Below are positions 54,239 to 63,651 of a DNA stretch of 64,000 nucleotides, one piece after another. Origin of the DNA: Diplonema japonicum (lineage: Eukaryota; Protista; Euglenozoa: Diplonemea); contig OZ025668.1 in assembly GCA_964019335.1 (NCBI GenBank), positions 620,001 to 684,000 on the forward strand. The letters run 5' to 3'. The notes below the pieces were generated by a model. It did not search any database, was not told the origin of the DNA, and saw nothing but the letters and a program-made list of their open reading frames with translations. The first letter of the stretch is position 1; every line of letters begins with the position of its first letter. The position numbers and the translations under genes were made by a program.

Positions 54239-56052
54239 CTAGGGGAGTAAAAAGTCTGTGAGTGGCATGTTCACAAGGGCCGTGATAATAGGAACTGAAG
54301 ACGAAGAAGAGCAGACGTAGACTCGGATCACGTCGGAGCCCGCTGACTCGTCAGTGCACCGCACAGCTACTTCATAATGGTAGACAAGAGAAGGTACCAG
54401 AACGGGGATCACCTGTGTTCATACATTTGAAACAGAAAGCATACCATGGATGGCTTCCACATATGATAGATAGCCTTGTTGTAAGTAAACACAATCGGGA
54501 TGGCCGTCAAGGACTTCAAGCCGGTGTTCTGGATATTGAGCTTAATTTTGAACAGTGGCCCCAACCCTTGCACGTGGGCTGTGAGTCTCAGGCTGCTCCC
54601 TCCTGTGTAAGACAGAGGACCCTGGCCGTCAGTCAGAATCTTCACGTAAGCACGGGCAGTCTGCAACCTCAGTTTGCAAAGATCTCTTTGGAACACTCGG
54701 TGCATCTCGATACCGAAGTCCTTCTCGCGCTGTGTCTGCTCAACGTACAAACGCGTTTTCTTCGGCACCTTAAGTGGGATGTCCTGCTCAGGAGGCGGAC
54801 CTGCTTGCTGTCCTTTAGTTACCTCTAAGGAAGCCAAACGGGGAAGCATCTTGATGATGATCGCTCCTGACTTCGTAGTGATAATCAGCGTGGTGTCCTC
54901 TCTACCGTAGCGGCCGAACTTCATACCTGTTACCACGTCACGCACCTGAATGCTGTTGATCATAGTCCTGCCGTTGTACACACGTACCTCGCCGTTTGCA
55001 AGGGCGACGATGCACGCCTTGGTGCCCCTCATCGTCTCGAGTTGCACAGCAGTCATGTTCGTGATAGCAGCAGGCAGGTACACAGAGTACTGCTTCTTGC
55101 CTTTCACATGGTAGGCGTGTATCACGTTCGCCATAGTTCCCACGATGATACTCTTGTCTACTCGCACCATGCCGCAGGGTTGTGACTCCAGCTCAATGGA
55201 CACCCCTAGAGGCTCGCCGTTCTTGATGGTGTAGATGTTAGCATTTCTACAAGAGATCACAATGCGGTAATCAACATCGTAAAGGCCACTGGCACACATA
55301 AACACAGGTGTTGCTGCAAGCTGTATTTTTCGCAGAATTTGGAACTGCGAGTCGAGAATGAGCACTCTTGCATTTTCCGTGCCTACAACAAGATACCCCA
55401 CACCAGTAGCCTCCTCCTTGTCCTTCTTGAGGACCGTCATGCACGTAATGACTGTTTGCTGGATCAAAGGAGCATTTTTGCACTCACTGACAAACCTTTC
55501 CCTTTCTTCCGCCACCTCTAAACTCAAGAACTCCATGCTCCGTGAACTCAGCGGCACACCATTCTCCTTCGCATGCTCCAGCACCTCAGTTGCTGCCGTT
55601 GTTGTGACCTTGCCCTGTCTTATGTTAGACCACACGTCAGCTTCAATCGGGTTGATTTCGATACACGGCAAAAAGAACTTGTAGAAAGCCTTCAGATTTT
55701 TGTAAATATAAATGCTCGGTCCCGAAGCGACGGCTACTGCTGGTCTGTGTACAGGATCGCTGTAGTCGGTATAAAATGAACACAGAGCACACGGCGTATC
55801 AAGAAGTGGGTTCTCAAGCACCAGGTCAGTGCCGCTGTACACCTTGAGCTTCCTCTGTGCATCTGCGATTAACAGCTTCCAATCGCCATTTCCGTTCAAA
55901 TCAGCTAGTTCGATACACGCGCTGAATGCTCTCACGCCGGCCAGGGGGTTCAGCCACGCATCCAACCACAGAGGCTCCGGTTCAGGTTGTGTAGAGGACT
56001 TAGCCACTGGCTTGACAACATCCTCTTCCACCGGCAGTGCGTTGTCTTGCAT
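54239..56052 (-). CDS. BBS1: BBSome subunit BBS1 (593 aa, 2 exons)
   Basis: WLDAW..P.AG, FGRYGRED, GPPPEQDIPLKVPKKTRLYVEQTQRE, MHRVFQRDL, VQGLGPLFK. Intron 54413-54444 (32 nt) adds VIPVLVPSL...ITALVNMP. Confidence 0.96.
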
Positions 56053-56146
56053 TTGACCCTGTAGCGGTATGGTACCATGAATGAAATAAACACTTTTGAT
56101 TTAACTAACCATAATAAGCTAACACAGAGGTCTGGAAAGACCCTGG

Positions 56147-59100
56147 CTACATCCACACACTCATACGCTGTTCAACACGCTCTCTACAGAGGGGGCAGAA
56201 TTGCACTTTCATAGCACATTCGCTGCAAACGCATAAATGGCGGCATGGGATGAGTACCGTGGATTTTGGATTTGTCAAGCAAACGCAGCACTCCAGAGCA
56301 GCCGAGGGGTCGATGACTATAGCAATGCAGGGGTCGGGATTATCCAAACCACCTTCAACTTCACCGGGAAGACCGCGTTGCATATGCAGCGTGCCGTCGT
56401 TCGCATGAACAGCAGCATCAGCCGTCTCGTCATCTTCTTCGGGAGACGGAAGGGGGAAAGGCACTACTGGTGGCGGGATGTCCCAACTGTTTCCTCGTTC
56501 CCGCTGTACACCTTGAGCACCTTCTCTAGCAGGCTCTGACACGTCTGTCTCTTCTTCCATCCACCGCTTCCTGCGCATTTTGTACACAAGCAACACGCTA
56601 AGCCCCAGGACAATGGGTACAGCTCCAAGAACTGCTAAGAAATACAACGAAGATATCCCCCGAGAAGTGTCCGTAATGACCTCATCGTCTTGCAGCACCA
56701 ACATCTCACCAGGGAAACTCTCCCAGTTAACTTTTGATAAGTGGGATTTTGCACTCTTCCTTGTTGCTGCTACTATTTGGAGAGACAGCGTCTGCTGAAC
56801 CGTTTTGCACCCAGCCACAAAAATCTGTGAATGGATGAAAATGTCCAACAGAAGCTTAAGCGAGACCGAACTCGATGAAGCAGCCCATTCGCGGCCATTG
56901 CTTGTTTGGAATAAATGGAAACACAAGTTTTCATTAACAGAACCCCAATCCATCGTCAAGTTCCCAGTGTAGTCCAACGCAGCTGGCAGGGGGGTTGTTC
57001 TGCAGTATCCGTATGAACCTCCGAATGTCACTTTTATTGTGCGGTGTCCATGAGGCACTGAAAAGTCAGACCTAGTTGACACCCAAGGGTACTGTTTTCC
57101 TATGATCAGTTCCTTGCTCATGTGTACCGTAGTTTTGTAGTGCGAAACGTGATACATGCTCACAAGCACAGGGCAGTCCTCGATGCATAGTGGCAATTCT
57201 ATCTCGCAAGCTGGAGCGTATATGTAGGTAGAGATAGGAGCGACGGTCGATGGGCTAGTGTCACACACAGAAATAACACTAAACCCTTTTAGATCTGCAA
57301 CCCTGACCCGAACGCTGGGCGAGATCGAAGGTACATATCCTACTATTTGCCTGGTATGTGAGACTATCGACACCTTGGTGCTGTTGGCAATAGCAAACGC
57401 ATCGTGTACAGCTGTAAATCCCTTTTCTTTCGAGTGCATCGTGTATTGTGTAGTCCAGTTCCCAACTGTGATCTCGAAACTACCGGGTGTTTGCGCCATG
57501 AGCTCAAGGTAAAGGTAACCTTCCCTTGCGGCATGTACTTCCAGGTACAAAAAGCAATATAGCAAAGAGCAATTCATGCTTGCTGTTTTCCAAGACCTGC
57601 TTGTCTTCGGTACTCCATTGATTTCGCACTGGTCCTCAGGCGTGAGTTCCGTGCCTGCAACAGTGAGAGTAGATACGCGCATCAGCAGGTTAGCATACAT
57701 GCCATCAACCTGCAGCGCAACGTTTATCGTGTCAAGGAAAGCTACTGTTACATTGTCGATCCCAACCATCTCCCAGTCGAAAGTGGGTGCTTCAAATGCA
57801 GCATGCCAGTGCAGTCTTGGTACCACGCCATTGAGCATCACCTTTTCGACTGTGACGGGGCTTTCGATGAAAAGCTCGACGAAAATAGTGTGAGTGCCCT
57901 CACTCTTCAGAACATTTACACTGCAAGTTTCTCGGTTGCACTGACAACCTGTTGCTTGAACGGCCCCTAAAGGCGCAGGTCGTGCCGACGGCATTGGCGT
58001 AGGTGGTGGCACTTCACACCAACTGCTGCATGCCACAGGACAGAGGAGCAGTCCATAAGCTAATGGAAGGAACGCGTCGGAAGTGAAACTAAGATCTACA
58101 TCGCAAATAGACGGCGCGCACAGTTTTCCTGTTCCTTTCAACAGCAACTCTGGGTCATCACTACAGTCGCCAGTCTTACAAGGCGTGCTGCAACCGATGC
58201 ATTGACTTAAAGGCGCATGCTTGCATGTGCACATGTAGTCACCGGTACAGTAATACTGCTGATCAACGCAAAAGCTCTCGGTGCATGGACTGTTACTGCA
58301 CTCGTCAAAGGGCTTAAGGCTAAACGGTGCACCATCAGGACAGCGGCGCGTGTCTTTGTAAGTTCTGCATATGCAAACATCCGCATCACAAAAGCCTCCC
58401 TTGAAGTTGCAGTATCGTGCTACCGGGAAGCCGAATCCAACTTCAGCATCCTCGCACTCTGCTTGCGTCAATCGGAAACACTGCTCGCCTCGTATTTTTT
58501 TTGCATAAGGCCGCAACAGTTGGATGTCTGCAAAAGGCCAAGAAAGATTGACTGTGCCGATGTTCAACCTGGCCATCGCATGCCCACCGTCTGTGGAGAT
58601 GACAGTTCCCCATGTGCCGAAATATTTTGCGTCCGAGCTGCTGGACGTAAGATAAGCTAGCCTGACGGTATCACCTATGCTCATCTCTAGAGGTGTCTCC
58701 GGAGAGCTGTAAAGGGGGTGCGCTGTTCTGCACAATTTTTGATTGCCGTGGTAACACTCATTGTTTCGAAATACAAATCCATGCAAGGGCAACCCAAGAG
58801 AGTTGCCATCGACACATTCAGAAGACGAAACCCAGTCTCCCATGCACTGACTGCTCAGCTCTATCCTACTGTCACTTACGCTAACGCTGAAAGTTCCCTT
58901 GCCGCGGACCTCGATGTCAAATAGATCGTCTTCAGCTGCGTGATAACCTGTATACAGCACGAAGTGGCGTATTGTGCTCACCTGTCTCTGAGCAACCAAC
59001 TGGCCGTTAATCCACAAGGAATACGCTTGGATGCCATTAGGAATCGAAACCTTGACGTAACAGAATAAGGCACAGCTGCTACTCGGCTTGACAGTTAGCA

Positions 59101-59749
59101 AAGTACCAGTCGGTGATGACCATTCCCCTCCTGGTGGCTGAAGTAAAGGTACTGGGAGTATGCTGGAGACTGTTCGTGCAGGACAGGCACCGGATACATC
59201 AAAGCTTAATCTTATCTTGGTCTCAACAGACGGAAGACGGCCTTCATAGATGCGCAGCCAGGATGAGGGGTGCGGTGGGTTGGCAAAGACGGGGAAATCT
59301 TCGCTGTTGACGCGAGAGCTGCTGTCATTGACTTCTATAGCTACGTAAGTTCCCATTGGATCTATGGAAATGAAACACTCTGGTGAAGAGCACCTTGTGA
59401 CTTTCCAGTAGTTGTCGCAGGTGGAAGCAGAAACATGGCCACCTATACTTGCAAGAGCCCGCGTCATTACAAAGGTGCACGTACCCCTGCTGGGATTCCA
59501 CTCACAGCACGCTGCACCTTTTTTGATGCAAGAAGTTCCACAGTCTTGTGGGGTTGTTGCATAGACAAGGGACCTGTTGCCAACACACATTCTCCCTTCT
59601 ATGAAAACGCCGCAATGTTTCTCGTGTGACACGAGCTCTGGTGCACCAAGTGTTAGAGTCAGTGTAGCTTCCTCAGGAACCGTTGCAGTGATGTTTCCGT
59701 CACTGACATGACATGAAACGAGAATGAAAAGCTGCCAAGGTGCGCGCAT
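56147..59749 (-). CDS. Single-pass receptor-like protein: PAN/apple-like and Cys-rich ectodomain, cytosolic C3HC4 RING
   Basis: Signal peptide; TTPQDCGTSCIKKGAACCEWNPSRGTC; TM LYFLAVLGAVPIVLGLSVLLVY followed by KMRRKR; RING CCVCLTNPKSTVLIPCRHLCVCSECAMKVQFCPLCR. Confidence 0.88.
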   Translation of the reverse strand: MRAPWQLFILVSCHVSDGNITATVPEEATLTLTLGAPELVSHEKHCGVFIEGRMCVGNRSLVYATTPQDCGTSCIKKGAACCEWNPSRGTCTFVMTRALASIGGHVSASTCDNYWKVTRCSSPECFISIDPMGTYVAIEVNDSSSRVNSEDFPVFANPPHPSSWLRIYEGRLPSVETKIRLSFDVSGACPARTVSSILPVPLLQPPGGEWSSPTGTLLTVKPSSSCALFCYVKVSIPNGIQAYSLWINGQLVAQRQVSTIRHFVLYTGYHAAEDDLFDIEVRGKGTFSVSVSDSRIELSSQCMGDWVSSSECVDGNSLGLPLHGFVFRNNECYHGNQKLCRTAHPLYSSPETPLEMSIGDTVRLAYLTSSSSDAKYFGTWGTVISTDGGHAMARLNIGTVNLSWPFADIQLLRPYAKKIRGEQCFRLTQAECEDAEVGFGFPVARYCNFKGGFCDADVCICRTYKDTRRCPDGAPFSLKPFDECSNSPCTESFCVDQQYYCTGDYMCTCKHAPLSQCIGCSTPCKTGDCSDDPELLLKGTGKLCAPSICDVDLSFTSDAFLPLAYGLLLCPVACSSWCEVPPPTPMPSARPAPLGAVQATGCQCNRETCSVNVLKSEGTHTIFVELFIESPVTVEKVMLNGVVPRLHWHAAFEAPTFDWEMVGIDNVTVAFLDTINVALQVDGMYANLLMRVSTLTVAGTELTPEDQCEINGVPKTSRSWKTASMNCSLLYCFLYLEVHAAREGYLYLELMAQTPGSFEITVGNWTTQYTMHSKEKGFTAVHDAFAIANSTKVSIVSHTRQIVGYVPSISPSVRVRVADLKGFSVISVCDTSPSTVAPISTYIYAPACEIELPLCIEDCPVLVSMYHVSHYKTTVHMSKELIIGKQYPWVSTRSDFSVPHGHRTIKVTFGGSYGYCRTTPLPAALDYTGNLTMDWGSVNENLCFHLFQTSNGREWAASSSSVSLKLLLDIFIHSQIFVAGCKTVQQTLSLQIVAATRKSAKSHLSKVNWESFPGEMLVLQDDEVITDTSRGISSLYFLAVLGAVPIVLGLSVLLVYKMRRKRWMEEETDVSEPAREGAQGVQRERGNSWDIPPPVVPFPLPSPEEDDETADAAVHANDGTLHMQRGLPGEVEGGLDNPDPCIAIVIDPSAALECCVCLTNPKSTVLIPCRHLCVCSECAMKVQFCPLCRERVEQRMSVWM

Positions 59750-59829
59750 CACGTACCAAAGTGCATGAGCCCACTAACCTGAAATACGTATTGCACAGAG
59801 GAAGGGAGGGGAGGGGGAAGTCTAAACAA

Positions 59830-60264
59830 TCACCAACTTACTTTCTTTGACGCCCGTGTCGTTAGTATCTGAACAACTTCTATGAGGGTAGATGGTAGGA
59901 TAAAGACGAAAAAAATATGCCAGAATCTCACGTAATGAGAGGATAAGTAGTGGACGTTTAAGAGAAGAGCGGCAGCTACAGAGTGAAGGGGTATTTGGAG
60001 GAAAGAAGAAGCGGTGTTCAGCGTAGTGTAACCAATCATCATGCCGCCAAGGCATATAAGAACGCATGCAATGCTTAACCCAATTGCTGCTTTCGCACTC
60101 AAGGTAGTGTTGCTCGGTATTGTAGCTCCTTGCACAAACGAAGCTTGCAGATTACTGTCAACACCATCCATGCACATCAGTAGTGCCACAAGGTCGGAAA
60201 TAGTGGCGATAAATCTAACCGGTGTCAGCACTTCCTGCAGCTTCCACCCAAACCCCGCAGGCAT
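59830..60264 (-). CDS. TMEM107: Ciliary transition-zone protein TMEM107
   Basis: LTPVRFIA~LVPSRFLT; DSNLQAS~DSNIQAC; IPLHSVAA~IGAHCSAS; FWHIFFVFILPSTLIE~YWYIFVFCSALPAVTE. 4 TM, 144 aa. Confidence 0.82.
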   Translation of the reverse strand: MPAGFGWKLQEVLTPVRFIATISDLVALLMCMDGVDSNLQASFVQGATIPSNTTLSAKAAIGLSIACVLICLGGMMIGYTTLNTASSFLQIPLHSVAAALLLNVHYLSSHYVRFWHIFFVFILPSTLIEVVQILTTRASKKVSW

Positions 60265-60342
60265 ATTCCCTCTTTAGATGTGATAACAACGGTCAATGAA
60301 GGCAATAGAATAGAACAATCTAAACATAAAACAAAAATAGAA

Positions 60343-61533
60343 CTAGTGTGAAGGGCTCGAGGAGAGTGACAGCTGAGACCTGTCTGACATGTAGAGAGAG
60401 CGGCCTTTGCGACGGGCTTCTGAGAAAACGCGTTCAAAAAGCTCTCGTTCACTTACATGGGAATAGGTAGACTCTCCTTGAGAGTGACTGTCCTGTCTCC
60501 ATCTTGCCTGTCCTGCTGGTCTTTCTGTGCTCTGGGGGCTGTCATACGAAGCACCGTCGCTTGTTGGTGCTCTCAGTTTCTTAGGGGTAAACCTCGAGAT
60601 GTATTTCTTAAGTTCTTTGAGACTCGTTCTTTGACCAAACCTTCCTCTCATCCAGTGGGCAAGCTCTAACCATTGGCCATCCAAATAGTTATCATCCTCT
60701 TCTTCCAGTTTTTGCTCAGGAACGTTTAGCGGGGCTTTCATGTCGGGGTGTAAGTACTTCTCAGAGTCCCGTACATGCAACGCACGGTCGACATCCTTCT
60801 CCAGTGCTGTGAAGTGTCTCAGCCTGCTGCGGTACTGCTCTTTCAATTGAATCAATTGGTCGATGTCATACTCTTCCGGTGCACCGAGTAGCTCGGGGTC
60901 GTGTGCCTTGCGGTCACTCAATGTGCTTAGGAGATCCAGGGGACGTGTTGATGGTGAATCTTTCTTGTCAAGTTCTGCTTGCATCTTCAATTCTGCCAAC
61001 TCTGCTTGTAAACCCAACAAATCATCTTCCACCCCCTTCCTTGCCCGTTCGGCTTCTGCAGCTTTCGCCTCGAGTAGTGCAGTTGACTGATTTGATGAGG
61101 GTGGCGCCTCTTTGTTAGCTTTCAGCTTACTATTTTCTATTTCTAGCGTTGCAACTTTACCGGCTAGCATAGACAGCTTTGCAGAGAAGACCGTCTCCTT
61201 TTCATCTAAAACACTCATCAAATGTTGTTCACCTTCTTCCGATGTTGTTAGCCGTGCCTCCAGATCTTTGATTACGACACCCGCTTCGTCTATTTTCTGC
61301 CGCAGTAGCTCCACTTCACTCTCATCGATATTAAACATTGGTGAGCTGACAAGCATTTCCTTGTTTTTCAATCTGCTAAGCTCGTCATCAAGAGCAAGCG
61401 AGTGACGCCGTTCTCTCTCCAGCTCGTCTTCATATACATCGAGTTGGCTCACAAGCTCTGATCTTTCCTTTTCGAGCAGGGCGACAAGCCCTATAAGTTC
61501 CCTTGCCTCTGCATCAGGGTCCAGTCCGATCAT
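60343..61533 (-). CDS. Hypothetical coiled-coil protein (396 aa)
   Basis: Long E/L/K-rich heptad ORF on the cluster strand. Confidence 0.75.
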   Translation of the reverse strand: MIGLDPDAEARELIGLVALLEKERSELVSQLDVYEDELERERRHSLALDDELSRLKNKEMLVSSPMFNIDESEVELLRQKIDEAGVVIKDLEARLTTSEEGEQHLMSVLDEKETVFSAKLSMLAGKVATLEIENSKLKANKEAPPSSNQSTALLEAKAAEAERARKGVEDDLLGLQAELAELKMQAELDKKDSPSTRPLDLLSTLSDRKAHDPELLGAPEEYDIDQLIQLKEQYRSRLRHFTALEKDVDRALHVRDSEKYLHPDMKAPLNVPEQKLEEEDDNYLDGQWLELAHWMRGRFGQRTSLKELKKYISRFTPKKLRAPTSDGASYDSPQSTERPAGQARWRQDSHSQGESTYSHVSERELFERVFSEARRKGRSLYMSDRSQLSLSSSPSH

Positions 61534-61729
61534 ATTTGTACCTTTGTGCTACTATATGTGGTGAATGAAAAAGAGGAGAAAGGATCGGTAAGAATGTGTT
61601 TTGCCATTTGTTCACGAGAAAAAAAATAGAATGGACGCGTTACCTTTGGGGCGTGCAGGATTTTTCTTTCCTCTTTACTCTTCAGTGTCCTTTTTTTTTT
61701 TTAAAGGAAATCGAAAATGGCCCTTTTTG

Positions 61730-61774
<45 letters not shown>

Positions 61775-61905
61775 CTAAACGCCCTTCCCTTAAGGATTAA
61801 TGTGCGATAACAATAAGGGAGTACCTATACTCATAGAAGAAACACTTTACGTTTACATTTACGAAACGTTTCCAAGTCTCCAGGTGCAAACGAATCACAA
61901 AGCCT

Positions 61906-63651
61906 CTACACACCAGTCAAAGACCGGTCAGAAGAGGGGCGGGCTAGAATGTGTATGCCTTTGACTGAGAGGTTCATGGATAAGGAAAGCTCTGGCGACA
62001 GGAGGAGGAGCGGTGCAACGAAATCAACTACACTGTCAGGCGTTGTTTCCTGTGGATCGACAAGGACAATGAGTCTAGCAACAGATGGGAAGTCATCAGT
62101 ATACCTGGGTGCTTGCATCCCCAATAGAACATTGGCAATCTTGGACTTTGCCTCTTCGGCATCTGTTGGAAAGGAGACATGACCCACACGAGACAGGCAG
62201 TTCTGCAGCAACCAGTCATTATTAATGTTCTGCGTGTATGAAATCAGGAAGGCAACCTTCCTTCCTCTAGGCATTGCCTGTGCAAAAGCACTGTCACACA
62301 TGACAGCCCTGCCCCCAGGGTCACCGTTAGTAGAGTCGTAGACCACATGTGTCGTCTGAGAACCAAGTAGGTTAAGCACTGCAGCGTGTGTGCTCCGCTT
62401 AGCAGTCTTGAGGGACTTCCCCATTTTACGTTCATTTGTATAAATTGAATCACGTTCTACAACAGCTGCCTGGTTTCTGCTCTTTAGTATTGCGGCAAAA
62501 GTGCTTTTTCCACTACCCGGTGGCCCAATAGGAATTATTGCACACCGCATCTCCCGCCTGAAATCAAAAACCTGCATCCTGTACTCTGTCCCCGGCATAA
62601 AATCGTAACTTTTGTACGAATTGATATAGAACGCATCTGCGCCTGTTAAGAGCACTTCAGCATCCTGGTAGCATGTTCTCTCGTTGCAGGACACATAGAT
62701 GATCTGCTGCACTTGCTTCATGTTATATAACGACATTGCCGTTTCCTTAGCAAGTCCGCCTCTTCCAGAGTTTACAAGCACAACCATTTCTCTTTCGCTC
62801 TTCAGGTTGCACAGTTCTCTTGTGTAGTCCCACTTTGAAGCGACACGTTTCAGAGTGACTGTCTGGTCCACGTGGAGATTTGCTTTAACAGTACGTTCAT
62901 AGTTCTTAGTAAGATCCTCGAAGACGCGAGGGCAGTGCGGTAAGCAAACTATATTTTTAATACAGCTACTCATCTTATGTGGCATGCTGGCGAACACGGC
63001 ATTCGAATCTCTTCCCATCAGCAGGAGGTCTCTTGCCCGATTCGCCTCTAGCAATGCATGCATGAATGCCCACAATTTGTTTTCCATGTCGTGGTTTACT
63101 TCTGAGAATGTGTCAGGTGATATGAGGTACTCATCACCCCATGGTGTCTTCTCTGTCAACCACTTACCGTGGACAATGATGTAAGCATCATCTTTCTTCG
63201 GTTTCACTTTAGATTCACTGTGCTGCAAAGCCATGCATTCTATCCCGCAATCCATAAGATCATGTACAAGCTGTTGCACCTCAGTGTCAATGAAGTCGGC
63301 GAGTTTTGCCTTAGAGCAGACAATTAAGAATTTCACCATGAACATGCCTTTTCGGCTGCACTTCACACTCACTTCGTGCCAATAGTCAATCGAGATTGGG
63401 GATGCTGCTTGTATCCATTTACACAAGCGCATGCACAAGTTGTTACACTCCTTAACTGCCAATGGAGACGTTTTCACTTCTCCTTTTTTAATGCTGTATG
63501 TCACCTTGTTCCGATATGCCGTTTCTTCACCTTTCTCTAATCTGGCTTCATCCGCCAGCAGCAAGTCAACTACATGCCGCACACGCTCCTCAACGTCCTC
63601 AGCTTGTGCCCGCCTGTTATTTTTCATCGTTTCACAAAATTTTCTTTTCAT
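61906..63651 (-). CDS. Degenerate TrmA/RlmD-type m5U methyltransferase domain fused to a C-terminal P-loop kinase
   Basis: YRNKVTY, YLISPDTFSEVN, VNSGRGGL, IIYVSCN, YDFMPGT, then IIPIGPPGSGKST..VVERDSIY..VVYDSTN. Start MKRKF at 63651. Confidence 0.75.
   Translation of the reverse strand: MKRKFCETMKNNRRAQAEDVEERVRHVVDLLLADEARLEKGEETAYRNKVTYSIKKGEVKTSPLAVKECNNLCMRLCKWIQAASPISIDYWHEVSVKCSRKGMFMVKFLIVCSKAKLADFIDTEVQQLVHDLMDCGIECMALQHSESKVKPKKDDAYIIVHGKWLTEKTPWGDEYLISPDTFSEVNHDMENKLWAFMHALLEANRARDLLLMGRDSNAVFASMPHKMSSCIKNIVCLPHCPRVFEDLTKNYERTVKANLHVDQTVTLKRVASKWDYTRELCNLKSEREMVVLVNSGRGGLAKETAMSLYNMKQVQQIIYVSCNERTCYQDAEVLLTGADAFYINSYKSYDFMPGTEYRMQVFDFRREMRCAIIPIGPPGSGKSTFAAILKSRNQAAVVERDSIYTNERKMGKSLKTAKRSTHAAVLNLLGSQTTHVVYDSTNGDPGGRAVMCDSAFAQAMPRGRKVAFLISYTQNINNDWLLQNCLSRVGHVSFPTDAEEAKSKIANVLLGMQAPRYTDDFPSVARLIVLVDPQETTPDSVVDFVAPLLLLSPELSLSMNLSVKGIHILARPSSDRSLTGV

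Noticed and set aside
1043-54444. Non-canonical (non GT-AG) introns of the kind known from euglenids and some diplonemids
   Set aside because: All 20 introns I could resolve are GT-AG, and no frame break needed a non-canonical junction.
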